Part shown: one piece after another, positions 8,824-18,743 of the stretch
Layout of the letters: each line of letters starts with the position of its first letter
Numbering within the stretch: position 1 is the first letter of the stretch
Origin: Alistipes sp.
GTDB taxonomy: Bacteria; Bacteroidota; Bacteroidia; Bacteroidales; Rikenellaceae
Assembly: GCA_045644925.1 (NCBI GenBank)
Contig: JAZRHV010000024.1
Span: forward strand, 10,472 to 74,471
Length of the DNA stretch: 64,000 nucleotides
Direction: 5' to 3'
Position numbers and translations under genes: made by a program
The notes under the pieces: model-generated
What the model was told of the DNA's origin: nothing
Seen by the model: the letters and a program-made list of their open reading frames with translations, nothing else
Databases searched by the model: none

Positions 8824-9801
8824 ATGTTATATCCGTTAAAATTTAAGCCGAGACTCAAAGAGCGTATCTGGGGTGGCTCGGTGCTTATCGCCAAAAAAGG
8901 TAAGGCCGCAGGCCGTGTGGATGTCTCTAAAAAGTATGGCGAGAGCTGGGACCTGTCGTGTGTGCAGGGCGATATTTCGAGCGTGGCTTCGGGTGTACTT
9001 AAAGGCAATAATCTCGCAGAGCTTATCGAGGTCTATATGGGCGACCTGGTGGGTGAGAAGATTTTTGAGGAGTATGGCTTGGAGTTTCCGCTGCTGATTA
9101 AAACTCTCGACTGCAACGATGTCCTTTCGGTGCAGGTGCACCCCGACGACGAGCTCGCTGCCGAGCGTCACGACTCGTTGGGTAAGACCGAGATGTGGTA
9201 TATAACCTCGTGCGAGGAGGACGCTGCAATCTATATCGGTTTTAATCGCGAAATCACTCGTGAGGAGTATCTCGAAGCGGTGTCGAACGGCTCTCTTACC
9301 GATATGCTCAATCGCGTAGAGGTTAAGGCTGGTGATGCCTTCTTTATCCCTGCGGGTATGGTTCACGCTCTGGGTAAAGGAGTCCAGGTTGTCGAGATTC
9401 AGCAGACTTCGGATGTGACCTATCGCATCTATGATTGGGATCGTGTCGATAGCGAGGGTAGATCTCGCGAATTGCATACGGCTTTGGCTGTTGATGCTAT
9501 CGACTTTGCGATGCGTCACGAGGATAGCGTCTGCAAATACGAGCCGAAGGTTAATGAGTCGGTCGAGGTTGCAAAGTGCAAATATTTTACGACGAATATG
9601 TTGAAGGTCGAGGGCGAGGTGGTGCGCGATTACGCATCGCTCGACTCATTTGTGATTCTGATGTGTGTCGGTGGCGAGGCTGAGATTGATGCCGACGGCA
9701 AGGTCGAGAAGATGTCGGATGGCGATGTGGTTTTGTTGCCGGCCGAGTTCAACGAAGTGTCGGTCAAGGGCTGCGCTACGCTGCTTGAAGTGAGCATCTA
9801 A
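8824..9801 (+). CDS. manA: mannose-6-phosphate isomerase, class I
   Basis: RIWGG, FPLLIK, LSVQVHP, KTEMWY, GMVHALG, EIQQTSDVTYRIYDW. Confidence 0.9.
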   Translation: MLYPLKFKPRLKERIWGGSVLIAKKGKAAGRVDVSKKYGESWDLSCVQGDISSVASGVLKGNNLAELIEVYMGDLVGEKIFEEYGLEFPLLIKTLDCNDVLSVQVHPDDELAAERHDSLGKTEMWYITSCEEDAAIYIGFNREITREEYLEAVSNGSLTDMLNRVEVKAGDAFFIPAGMVHALGKGVQVVEIQQTSDVTYRIYDWDRVDSEGRSRELHTALAVDAIDFAMRHEDSVCKYEPKVNESVEVAKCKYFTTNMLKVEGEVVRDYASLDSFVILMCVGGEAEIDADGKVEKMSDGDVVLLPAEFNEVSVKGCATLLEVSI

Positions 9802-9819
9802 CGCGATAGTAATAAAACG

Positions 9820-9852
9820 AAAAAAGTGTCGAACAAAATTCGACACTTTTTT
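9820..9852. terminator. bidirectional terminator between manA and panB
   Basis: AAAAAAGTGTCGAA-CAAAA-TTCGACACTTTTTT. Confidence 0.85.
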
Positions 9853-9891
9853 GTTTATAGCCAACAGTCAATGACCATTGGCTAATAGCTT

Positions 9892-10707
9892 CTAATACTG
9901 CTCTTTCTCGTTGGGGAAGTCGAGTGACTTGACATCCTCGACATACTGCGATACAGCATCGGTCATTACCGTATGCAGGTCGGCATAGCGACGCAGGAAT
10001 CGGGGCGAGAAGCCCTTGTTGATGCCGAGCATATCGTGGATTACAAGCACCTGGCCGTCGCATCCCGCACCGGCTCCGATGCCAATAGTCGGAACGGTCA
10101 GCTCCTGCGACACGCGCGTAGCGAGCGCAGCGGGAATCTTTTCGAGAACAATAGCAAAGCAGCCGGCCTCCTCCAAAAGGTGTGCATCGCGAACCAATTT
10201 CTCGGCCTCGGCCTCCTCCTTGGCGCGTACCGAGTAGGTGCCGAACTTGTGAATCGACTGCGGTGTCAGTCCGAGGTGTCCCATCACGGGGATACCTGCC
10301 GAAAGGATGCGCTGTACCGATTCGAGAATCTCCTCGCCACCCTCCATCTTGATAGCATCAGCCTCGGTCTCCTTCATAATGCGGATAGCCGAGTCGAGGG
10401 CGGTCTTTGAGTTGCCCTGATATGTTCCAAAGGGGAGATCGACAACCACCAGCGCGCGCTTTACGCCGCGAACAACTGCGCGAGCGTGGTAAATCATAGC
10501 ATCGAGCGTGATGGGGAGGGTCGATTCGTAACCGGCCATTACATTGGCTGCCGAATCACCGACCAAGATAACGTCAATACCTGCATTATCAACGATTTTC
10601 GCCATCGAAAAGTCGTAAGAGGTGAGCATCGCAATCTTCTCACCGCGTTGTTTCATCTCCGTCAGGCGGAGGGTCGTCACAGGACGAACAGTGCTTTCTA
10701 CCGACAT
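9892..10707 (-). CDS. panB: 3-methyl-2-oxobutanoate hydroxymethyltransferase
   Basis: [45 protein letters not shown]. Confidence 0.96.
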   Translation of the reverse strand: MSVESTVRPVTTLRLTEMKQRGEKIAMLTSYDFSMAKIVDNAGIDVILVGDSAANVMAGYESTLPITLDAMIYHARAVVRGVKRALVVVDLPFGTYQGNSKTALDSAIRIMKETEADAIKMEGGEEILESVQRILSAGIPVMGHLGLTPQSIHKFGTYSVRAKEEAEAEKLVRDAHLLEEAGCFAIVLEKIPAALATRVSQELTVPTIGIGAGAGCDGQVLVIHDMLGINKGFSPRFLRRYADLHTVMTDAVSQYVEDVKSLDFPNEKEQY

Positions 10708-10735
10708 AGCTGTTTGAAATTTTATCGCTACAAAG

Positions 10736-11272
10736 TTATCGCTTTAATCCGATTTGGCAAAAGAAATCCCACAAAACCACTCCTCCGCTCACTGAAACAT
10801 TGAGCGAGTGCTTGGTACCGAACTGAGGAATCTCGATTGCTCCGTCACACATATCGACCACCTCTTGATCGACGCCCATAACCTCGTTGCCGAAAATTAT
10901 GGCATATTTTACACCCTCCTCGGCGCGGAATTGGTCGAGCATCACGGCTCCCTCGACCTGCTCGATAGCGAGGATGCGATAACCCTCCGAGCGCAGATGT
11001 TCGACGCACTCGACGGTCGTGGGGTAGTAGCTCCACGCCACGCTCTCCTCGGCTCCGAGGGCGGTCTTGTGAATCTCGCGGTTGGGCGGAGTTGAAGTGA
11101 TGCCGCAGAGGGCGATATGCTCGATTGCAAAGGCATCTCCCGTGCGGAAGAACGAACCCACATTTTGTGCCGAGCGGACGTTATCCAAGATGACAGTTAC
11201 GCCCGTTTTTGCCTGCGTGGCAAACTCTTCGAGCGAAGGTCGATTGAGTTCTGCGTTAGTAATTTTTCTCAT
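10736..11272 (-). CDS. TrmH/SpoU family RNA methyltransferase
   Basis: [38 protein letters not shown]; likely ATG at 11272. Confidence 0.88.
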   Translation of the reverse strand: MRKITNAELNRPSLEEFATQAKTGVTVILDNVRSAQNVGSFFRTGDAFAIEHIALCGITSTPPNREIHKTALGAEESVAWSYYPTTVECVEHLRSEGYRILAIEQVEGAVMLDQFRAEEGVKYAIIFGNEVMGVDQEVVDMCDGAIEIPQFGTKHSLNVSVSGGVVLWDFFCQIGLKR

Positions 11273-11371
11273 TGTTGCGAATCTTTGCTGCAAAAGTAAG
11301 AAAAATCAAAATATTTTAACTACTTTTGAGGTTGATTTGGGCGGTTTGGCCCTCGAAATGATAAACAAAGG

Positions 11372-12499
11372 ATGCTGAAAAGATTGTCGATACTGATTTT
11401 GTTCACATTCTTGGCTCTGCAATTTGCACAGGGTCAGGATGTTGCGCCCGCGCCTGCGTGTGAGAGCGCGTGTAGCGAGCAATCGGGAGCACTCTTTTTC
11501 GATGGCGAACTTTCAACCCACTTCGACAACGCAGAGTATGACGGCAACGATGTCGGCTACTCGCGAACTATTTTTGCCGTAAGATTGATCCCTGCCCTCG
11601 GCTACCGTTGGGGTAAGGATGGTTGCCACGCTGTGGTGGCAGGTGCCGAGCTTTTGAAAGATTTTGGCTCGGTGCGAACTATCGACGATGCAAAGTTGGT
11701 GGCATACTACCGCTATAAGGACCAAAATTGGGGTGCGTATGCCGGAATCTTCGGTCGAGATGAGTTGGTGGGTCGCTACTCGCGAGCATTCTATTCGGAT
11801 TCGACTCGTATTTACAATGCTTTGGTGCAGGGTGTGGCCGGTCACTACCGCTCGGAGAAGATGTTTGCTGAGTTGGCGGTCGATTGGCATGGCCTCTACT
11901 CGCCTGAGGTGCGCGAGAAGTTCCGCGTCCTGACTTCGGTGGGAGGTAAGTTCGCGAAGTGGTTTGATGCGGGCGTGACGTTGTCGCTTACGCACTACGC
12001 CAATAAATCGACTTTCCGCGGAAACGTGGTTGATAATGCGCTGGGTAACGCCTGGATTGGTGCGCAATTCAAGGCCTTCTTTGACTTTGATGTTAGATTG
12101 GGCTATCTGCAAGCTCTGCAACGCGACCGCAAGGTCTCCGACAGCTGGCTTGCTCCGAAGGGTGGCGAACTCTATGTTAGGCTGTCGAAGTGGGGTGCGT
12201 TTATTGACAATAACCTCTATGTTGGCGAGAATTTGATGCCGCTCTACGAGGTGTGCGGAAACGACGGTTTGAACTATGCGGATGACCTATATGCTGGCGA
12301 CATAACGTATTCCCCCCCCCGAAAATTTTGTAATAGGACGGGATTAGGATATGAACGCACGTTTTGTAAAGAGAGCCTCTCGGTCAAGGCCGAGGTGGCA
12401 CTGATATATATGGGCGGCAAGGTGTCAAACCAGCAACTTGTGGGCATATCGGCTCGATTTGCTCCGACAATTTACGATAAATCGAAACACAAAAAATAG
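11372..12499 (+). CDS. hypothetical outer-membrane (beta-barrel-like) protein
   Basis: Signal peptide and alternating aromatic/Gly strands; no family recognised. Contains a C9 tract at 12312-12320. Confidence 0.6.
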   Translation: MLKRLSILILFTFLALQFAQGQDVAPAPACESACSEQSGALFFDGELSTHFDNAEYDGNDVGYSRTIFAVRLIPALGYRWGKDGCHAVVAGAELLKDFGSVRTIDDAKLVAYYRYKDQNWGAYAGIFGRDELVGRYSRAFYSDSTRIYNALVQGVAGHYRSEKMFAELAVDWHGLYSPEVREKFRVLTSVGGKFAKWFDAGVTLSLTHYANKSTFRGNVVDNALGNAWIGAQFKAFFDFDVRLGYLQALQRDRKVSDSWLAPKGGELYVRLSKWGAFIDNNLYVGENLMPLYEVCGNDGLNYADDLYAGDITYSPPRKFCNRTGLGYERTFCKESLSVKAEVALIYMGGKVSNQQLVGISARFAPTIYDKSKHKK

Positions 12500-12512
12500 A
12501 TATTTTACTTTT

Positions 12513-14198
12513 ATGAGTATGGTAACTGCAACCAATGAGACACGAGAGAAGTCGCTGAACTTCCTCGAAGAGATTATCGAAGAGTCTATCGCCAAGGGCG
12601 AAACGCGAGTGCAAACCCGTTTCCCGCCCGAACCGAATGGCTATCTGCATATCGGACACGCAAAGAGTATCTGCATCAACTTCGGTTTGGCGAAGAAGTA
12701 TGGCGGTCTTTGCAACCTCCGTTTTGACGATACAAACCCCGTGAAGGAGGATGTTGAGTATGTTGATTCGATTAAGCGCGATATCCAATGGCTCGGATTC
12801 CAGTGGGCTGTTGAGCGTTACGCTTCGGACTACTTCGACCAGCTCTACGATTGGGCTGTCGAGTTGATTAAGAAGGGTCTCGCGTACGTCGATGACCAAA
12901 CTCAGGAGCAGATCCGCGAGGGTCGTGGTACCGTTTCGGTGCCGGGTACCGAGTCTCCGTGGCGTAACCGCTCGGTCGAGGAGAATCTCGACCTGTTTGA
13001 GCGTATGAAGGCCGGCGAGTTCGCTGATGGCGAGAAGGTGTTGCGTGCCAAGATTGATATGGCTCACCCCAATATGCTCTTCCGCGACCCGATTATGTAT
13101 CGTATTCTCCACACCGAGCATCACCGCACAGGCGATAAGTGGTGTATCTACCCGATGTACGACTACGCACACGGTCAGAGCGACTCTATTGAGAAGATTA
13201 CTCACTCGATTTGTACCCTCGAATTTGATGTTCACCGTCCGCTCTACGATTGGTTTATCGAGGCTCTGGATATCTATCCCTCGCATCAGTACGAGTTTGC
13301 GCGTCTGAACTTGACCTATACAATGATGTCGAAGCGTAACCTTCTGAAACTTGTGAATGAGGGCGCAGTTATGGGTTGGGACGACCCCCGAATGCCGACT
13401 ATCTGCGCACTGCGTCGTAAGGGTTACACTCCCGCATCGGTGCGAGCTTTTGCCGAGATGGTGGGTGTCGCAAAGCGTGATAACGTGATTGACCTCGGTA
13501 AGTTGGAGTTCTGTGTGCGTGAGGATTTGAATAAGGTTGCCGAGCGTCGTATGGCTGTGCTCAACCCAATTAAGGTTGTGATTACCAACTGGGAGGAGGG
13601 TAAGGTCGAGATGCGCAAGGCTGTAAATAACCCTGAGGACGAGGCCGCAGGTATGCGCGAGGTGCCGTTTGGTCGCGAGCTCTACATCGAGCGCGATGAC
13701 TTTATGGAGAATCCTCCGAAAAAGTATTTCCGCTTGCAGCCGGGTGGAGAGGTGCGCCTGCGCTATGCTTACCTTATCAAGTGCGAGGAGGTTATCAAGG
13801 ATGCGGAGGGCAACGTGGTTGAGTTGCGTTGTACCTACGACCCGCTCTCGGGCGAGGGCTCGTCGAGCGACGGCCGTCGTGTGAAGGGTGTAATCCATTG
13901 GGTATCGGCAGAACACGCTGTCGAGGCCGAGGTACGCCTCTTTAATCCCTTGTTCGTGACCGAGGATCCGAACGATAGCAGCAACGGCCAGACTTCGTGG
14001 GAGGATAATCTCAATCCCGAATCAATGATCAAGACTACGGCGTGGTTGGAGCCCGCATTGGCTACGCAGGAGGTAGGCAAGACCGTTCAGTTCGAGCGTG
14101 TAGGCTACTTCTGTCCCGATACAGACTCTACGCCCGAGCACCTTGTATTCAACCGTACGGTTACGCTCAAAGATTCGTGGGCAAAGATGAATAAGTAA
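12513..14198 (+). CDS. glnS: glutamine--tRNA ligase
   Basis: [34 protein letters not shown]; ATG at 12513 or 12519. Confidence 0.96.
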   Translation: MSMVTATNETREKSLNFLEEIIEESIAKGETRVQTRFPPEPNGYLHIGHAKSICINFGLAKKYGGLCNLRFDDTNPVKEDVEYVDSIKRDIQWLGFQWAVERYASDYFDQLYDWAVELIKKGLAYVDDQTQEQIREGRGTVSVPGTESPWRNRSVEENLDLFERMKAGEFADGEKVLRAKIDMAHPNMLFRDPIMYRILHTEHHRTGDKWCIYPMYDYAHGQSDSIEKITHSICTLEFDVHRPLYDWFIEALDIYPSHQYEFARLNLTYTMMSKRNLLKLVNEGAVMGWDDPRMPTICALRRKGYTPASVRAFAEMVGVAKRDNVIDLGKLEFCVREDLNKVAERRMAVLNPIKVVITNWEEGKVEMRKAVNNPEDEAAGMREVPFGRELYIERDDFMENPPKKYFRLQPGGEVRLRYAYLIKCEEVIKDAEGNVVELRCTYDPLSGEGSSSDGRRVKGVIHWVSAEHAVEAEVRLFNPLFVTEDPNDSSNGQTSWEDNLNPESMIKTTAWLEPALATQEVGKTVQFERVGYFCPDTDSTPEHLVFNRTVTLKDSWAKMNK

Positions 14199-14236
14199 CA
14201 GCAATTGTTTAACCATAAATTTTAATTAAAAAAATT

Positions 14237-15238
14237 ATGAATTTTGTAACTAACGAAAAACTGACAATTATCGGCGCAGCCGGTATGATTGGCTCAAACA
14301 TGGCACAGACTGCTATTATGATGGGTCTGACGCCTAACATTTGCCTCTATGACCCCTACGCTCCCGGTTTGGAGGGTGTAGCAGAGGAACTCAACCACTG
14401 CGGTTTTGAGGGTGTAAACGTAACCTTCACTTCGGACATCAAGGAGGCTTTGACCGATGCAAAGTACATCGTAAACTCGGGTGGTGCTGCTCGTAAGGCA
14501 GGTATGACTCGTGAGGACCTCTTGAAGGGTAATGCCCTGATTGCAGAGGAGTTCGGTAAGAACGTAAAGGCTTACTGCCCCGATGTAAAGCACGTTGTTA
14601 TCATCTTCAACCCTGCTGACATCACAGGCCTTATCACTCTGCTCTATTCGGGCTTGAAACCTTCGCAGGTAACAACTCTCGCAGGTCTCGATTCGACTCG
14701 TCTTCGCAGCGAGCTTGCTAAGCACTTCGGTGTAGCACTCGACGAGGTTGAGAACTGCCGTACTTATGGTGGTCACGGTGAGCAGATGGCTGTTTACGCA
14801 TCGACTGCAAAGGTTCAGGGTAAGCCTCTGACCGAGATTATCGGTACTGACGCTCTCACCGCTGAGCAGTGGGCAGAGATTCAGGAGAAGGTGACCAAGG
14901 GTGGTGCTAACATCATCAACCTTCGTGGTCGTTCGTCATTCCAGTCGCCCGCATACGTTTCGATCGAGATGATCGCAGCTGCTATGGGTGGCAAGCCGTT
15001 CCGTTGGCCTGCTGGTACTTATGTTTCGAACGAGAAGTTCGATCATATTATGATGGCTTGGGAGACTTCGCTCACAGCTGAGGGCTGCCAGCTCAAAGAG
15101 TTGGTTGGTACTCCTGAGGAGGAGGCTGCACTCGCAAAGAGCTACGAGCACCTCTGCGCATTGCGTGACGAGGTTATCGCCCTCGGCGTACTTCCTCCCG
15201 TTGCAGAGTGGAATGCACTCAACCCGAATATTAAATAG
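14237..15238 (+). CDS. mdh: malate dehydrogenase
   Basis: GAAGMIGS, AARKAGMTREDLL, NPAD, LDSTR, GGHGEQM. Confidence 0.92.
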   Translation: MNFVTNEKLTIIGAAGMIGSNMAQTAIMMGLTPNICLYDPYAPGLEGVAEELNHCGFEGVNVTFTSDIKEALTDAKYIVNSGGAARKAGMTREDLLKGNALIAEEFGKNVKAYCPDVKHVVIIFNPADITGLITLLYSGLKPSQVTTLAGLDSTRLRSELAKHFGVALDEVENCRTYGGHGEQMAVYASTAKVQGKPLTEIIGTDALTAEQWAEIQEKVTKGGANIINLRGRSSFQSPAYVSIEMIAAAMGGKPFRWPAGTYVSNEKFDHIMMAWETSLTAEGCQLKELVGTPEEEAALAKSYEHLCALRDEVIALGVLPPVAEWNALNPNIK

Positions 15239-15280
15239 TTAATACCTATATTTTAATAACCAGGGAAATTTAGAAACCAG

Positions 15281-15320
15281 TTGGGGCTGTTCGAGTATTT
15301 TCGGACAGCCCCAATATTTT
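15281..15320 (+). terminator. intrinsic terminator
   Basis: TTGGGGCTGTTCGA..TCGGACAGCCCCAA plus T tract. Confidence 0.75.
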
Positions 15321-15410
15321 TTATTAAAAAAATGTTGAAAAAAATCGCGCAGCATAGTAAATAAACCGATTTTTTTGCTTAATTTTGCGAGCAACAAAAA
15401 TATAAGCCCT

Positions 15411-16880
15411 ATGTCATTTATCAATGAAAGGGTGCAGCAAGAGGGTCTTACCTTTGACGATGTTTTGCTCGTACCCGCTTATTCCGAAGTGTTGCCGCGT
15501 GAGGTTAGTCTTAAAAGCCGTTTTTCGCGTAATATCAGTCTGAACATACCTATTGTGTCTGCCGCTATGGATACCGTGACCGAAGCGTCTATGGCTATCG
15601 CATTGGCGCGTGAGGGTGGTATCGGCGTAATTCATAAGAATATGTCGATTGCCGAGCAAGCTGCGCACGTACGTCGTGTGAAGCGTGCCGAGAATGGTAT
15701 GATTTACGACCCGATTACCATCTGCAAGGAGCAGACCGTAGGCGATGCGCTGGCAATGATGCAAGAGAACAGAATCGGTGGTATTCCGGTTGTGGACGAT
15801 GATTTCAAACTTATCGGTATCGTGACCAACCGTGACTTGCGCTTCCAGCGCGATATGTCGCGTCGCATCGAGGAGGTTATGACCCCGAAGGAGAAACTCG
15901 TTACAACCCATAATAAGGCTCTCGAAAACGCTTCGGAGGTACTGCTCAACAATAAGATTGAGAAACTTCCCGTTGTCGATGATGACGGCCGCTTGGTTGG
16001 ATTGATTACCTATAAAGATATTACGAAGGTTCAGGACCATCCGAACGCTTGTAAGGATTCGAAGGGTCGTCTGCGCGTTGCTGCCGGTGTCGGCATTACG
16101 CCCGACTTTATGGATCGCGTGAAGGCTTTGGTTGATGAGTCGGTTGATGCTATTGTGCTTGACTCTGCACACGGCCACTCAGCTAATATCGTAAATGCTC
16201 TGCGTACTATCAAGCAGACCTATCCCGATTTGGATGTCGTTGTAGGTAATATCGCTACGGCCGAGGCTGCAAAGATGTTGGTAGAGGCAGGTGCCGACGG
16301 TATCAAGGTGGGTATCGGTCCCGGTTCGATTTGTACAACCCGAATCATTGCCGGTGTGGGTGTTCCGCAGCTTACGGCAATCTATGATGCTGCTCAGGCA
16401 GCGAAGGGTAGTGGTGTGCCTATTATCGCTGATGGAGGTCTGCGCTATTCGGGCGACCTTGTAAAGGCCTTGGCAGCAGGAGGTAACTGTGTGATGTGCG
16501 GCTCGATGTTTGCCGGTACCGAGGAGGCTCCGGGCGAGACAATCATCTACAACGGACGTAAGTTCAAGAGCTACCGCGGTATGGGTTCGATTGATGCAAT
16601 GAAGGCAGGCTCGGCTGACCGCTATTTCCAGGGAAAGGATGTTAATGTCAATAAACTCGTTCCGGAAGGAATCGTTGCTCGTGTGCCGTTCAAGGGTACT
16701 TTGAGCGAGACGGTATATCAGTTGGTTGGTGGTATTCGTTCGGGTATGGGTTATTGTGGTGCGAAGGATATCGAGACTTTGCAGAAAGCCAAGTTTATCC
16801 GCATCACAGCTTCGGGTATGAGTGAGAGCCATCCTCACGATGTGACTATCACACACGAGGCACCGAACTACTCGGCATAA
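15411..16880 (+). CDS. guaB: IMP dehydrogenase
   Basis: [20 protein letters not shown] pair, [16 protein letters not shown]. Confidence 0.97.
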   Translation: MSFINERVQQEGLTFDDVLLVPAYSEVLPREVSLKSRFSRNISLNIPIVSAAMDTVTEASMAIALAREGGIGVIHKNMSIAEQAAHVRRVKRAENGMIYDPITICKEQTVGDALAMMQENRIGGIPVVDDDFKLIGIVTNRDLRFQRDMSRRIEEVMTPKEKLVTTHNKALENASEVLLNNKIEKLPVVDDDGRLVGLITYKDITKVQDHPNACKDSKGRLRVAAGVGITPDFMDRVKALVDESVDAIVLDSAHGHSANIVNALRTIKQTYPDLDVVVGNIATAEAAKMLVEAGADGIKVGIGPGSICTTRIIAGVGVPQLTAIYDAAQAAKGSGVPIIADGGLRYSGDLVKALAAGGNCVMCGSMFAGTEEAPGETIIYNGRKFKSYRGMGSIDAMKAGSADRYFQGKDVNVNKLVPEGIVARVPFKGTLSETVYQLVGGIRSGMGYCGAKDIETLQKAKFIRITASGMSESHPHDVTITHEAPNYSA

Positions 16881-16925
16881 TGAGTATGAGATAGAATTTT
16901 GAGTGAGAGATAAATAAAGAGGTAT

Positions 16926-18233
16926 ATGAAACAGGATATGATTGTAATTTTGGACTTGGGCAGCCACGAGAATACTGTGGTTGCGCGAGCAATTCGTGCA
17001 TTGGGTGTTTATAGCGAGATTTACCCGCACGACATCACCGTCGAGGAGTTGAAGGCTTTGCCTAATGTGAAGGGTATCGTTATCAACGGTGGTCCCAACA
17101 ATGTTATTGACGGCGTGGAGATTGACGTCAATCACGATATCTATAATGCAGGCTTCCCCGTAATCGCTGCCGGTCACGAGAAGGCTCTCTGCGAGGTTAA
17201 GTTGCCCGCATTTACTTCGGATGAGGAGGCTGCAAAGGTTGCTCTCAAAGATTTCGTCTTCGAGACTTGCAAGGCAGAGGCTAACTGGAATATGGCTAAC
17301 TTCGTGAACGACCAGGTGGAACTCGTTCGTCGTCAGGTGGGCGATAAGAAAGTCTTGTTGGCTCTTTCGGGTGGCGTTGATTCATCGGTTGTGGCTGCGT
17401 TGCTGTTGAAGGCTATCGGCTCGAACCTCGTATGCGTACACGTGAATCACGGTCTTATGCGTAAGGGTGAGTCAGAGAATGTTGTGGAGGTGTTCCGCAA
17501 TCAGCTCTGCGCAAATCTTATCTATGTTGATGCTACCGAGCGTTTCCTTACGAAGTTGGATGGCGTTGCAGATCCTGAGCAGAAGCGAAAGATTATCGGT
17601 GGCGAGTTCATCCGCGTATTCGAGGAGGAGGCGCGCAAGTTGGACGGTATCGACTTCCTCGGTCAGGGTACAATCTATCCCGATATCATCGAGAGCGGTA
17701 CCAAGACTGCGAAGATGGTTAAGTCGCACCACAACGTGGGTGGTCTGCCCGATGATTTGCAGTTCGCACTCGTAGAGCCTTTGAAGCAGCTCTTCAAGGA
17801 TGAGGTGCGTGCTTGTGGTTTGGAGCTCGGTCTGCCTTACGAGATGGTTTACCGTCAGCCCTTCCCCGGTCCGGGTCTTGGTGTTCGCTGCTTGGGTGCT
17901 ATCACTCGCGACCGCTTGGAGGCTGTGCGTGAGTCGGATGCAATCCTCCGTGAGGAGTTTGCAAAGGCTGGCTTGGATAAGAAGGTTTGGCAGTACTTTA
18001 CCGCAGTGCCCGACTTTAAGTCGGTGGGCGTGAAGAACAACGCTCGTTCGTTCGATTGGACAGTAATCATCCGCGCGGTCAATACCGTAGATGCAATGAC
18101 TGCAACTATCGAGCCTCTTGATTGGGATGTATTGCAGCACATCACTGCTCGAATCCTCGCAGAGGTGCCGAACGTAAATCGCGTATGCTACGACCTCTCG
18201 CCGAAGCCGAGCGCAACCATTGAGTGGGAGTAA
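16926..18233 (+). CDS. guaA: GMP synthase with a shortened glutamine-amidotransferase domain
   Basis: SGGVDSS PP-loop, GTIYPD, KSHHNVGGLP, RQPFPGPGL, KPSATIEWE. The N-terminal GATase region is only ~120 aa and lacks GICxG and HPE. Confidence 0.9.
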   Translation: MKQDMIVILDLGSHENTVVARAIRALGVYSEIYPHDITVEELKALPNVKGIVINGGPNNVIDGVEIDVNHDIYNAGFPVIAAGHEKALCEVKLPAFTSDEEAAKVALKDFVFETCKAEANWNMANFVNDQVELVRRQVGDKKVLLALSGGVDSSVVAALLLKAIGSNLVCVHVNHGLMRKGESENVVEVFRNQLCANLIYVDATERFLTKLDGVADPEQKRKIIGGEFIRVFEEEARKLDGIDFLGQGTIYPDIIESGTKTAKMVKSHHNVGGLPDDLQFALVEPLKQLFKDEVRACGLELGLPYEMVYRQPFPGPGLGVRCLGAITRDRLEAVRESDAILREEFAKAGLDKKVWQYFTAVPDFKSVGVKNNARSFDWTVIIRAVNTVDAMTATIEPLDWDVLQHITARILAEVPNVNRVCYDLSPKPSATIEWE

Positions 18234-18329
18234 ATTACTCGAAAATATAGTTTGGAGCCATTTGATTTTGTCGGATGGCTCTTTTTGTTTGGATAAAAGG
18301 AAAAAAGGTTTTATATTTGCGCCCGAATT

Positions 18330-18404
18330 CGGGGTGTAGCGCAGCCCGGTTAGCGCACCTGCTTTGGGAGCAGGGGGTCCCAGGTTCGAATCCTGGTACC
18401 CCGA
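18330..18404 (+). tRNA. tRNA-Pro(UGG)
   Basis: CGGGGTGTAGCGCAG...GGTTCGAATCCTGGTACCCCGA, anticodon loop TTTGGGA. Terminator AAGATGTC-GAAA-GACATCTT at 18424-18443. Confidence 0.95.
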
Positions 18405-18536
18405 CAAAACGAAACGTAGCAAGAAGATGTCGAAAGACATCTTTTTGTTTTATATGCCTCGGTGTAAGTTTACTTACAAACCGAAGGTGTATAAAACAAA
18501 AGAGGTTTGCGTAGCAAACTTCTTGCGGAGTGAAGT

Positions 18537-18663
18537 TTTAAGTGCCCCCGCGGCAAGCGAAACAGGAAAGGCGCCACTTCGCAGACTTTTGGTCTGCGAA
18601 GAAGCCAATTCTGGTACCCTTCGAGATGTTGAAAGTTGATGTGGCTTTAAGTGCCCCCGCGGC
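18537..18663. repeat. 18-bp direct repeat TTTAAGTGCCCCCGCGGC x2
   Basis: Copies at 18537-18554 and 18646-18663. Confidence 0.8.
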
Positions 18664-18743
18664 GTTCCTGGTGCTATATAAAGAAAAAAAAAGCTGTCGC
18701 ACTCGAAAGCGCGACAGCCTTAACTAAGCCTTACGGCAAGTTG

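Noticed and set aside
12384-13916. long antisense ORFs (also 6411-7451, 7641-8708, 27697-29145, 44147-45085, 55011-56162)
   Set aside because: Each lies opposite a well-supported gene and has no recognisable motifs; this is expected from host codon bias.
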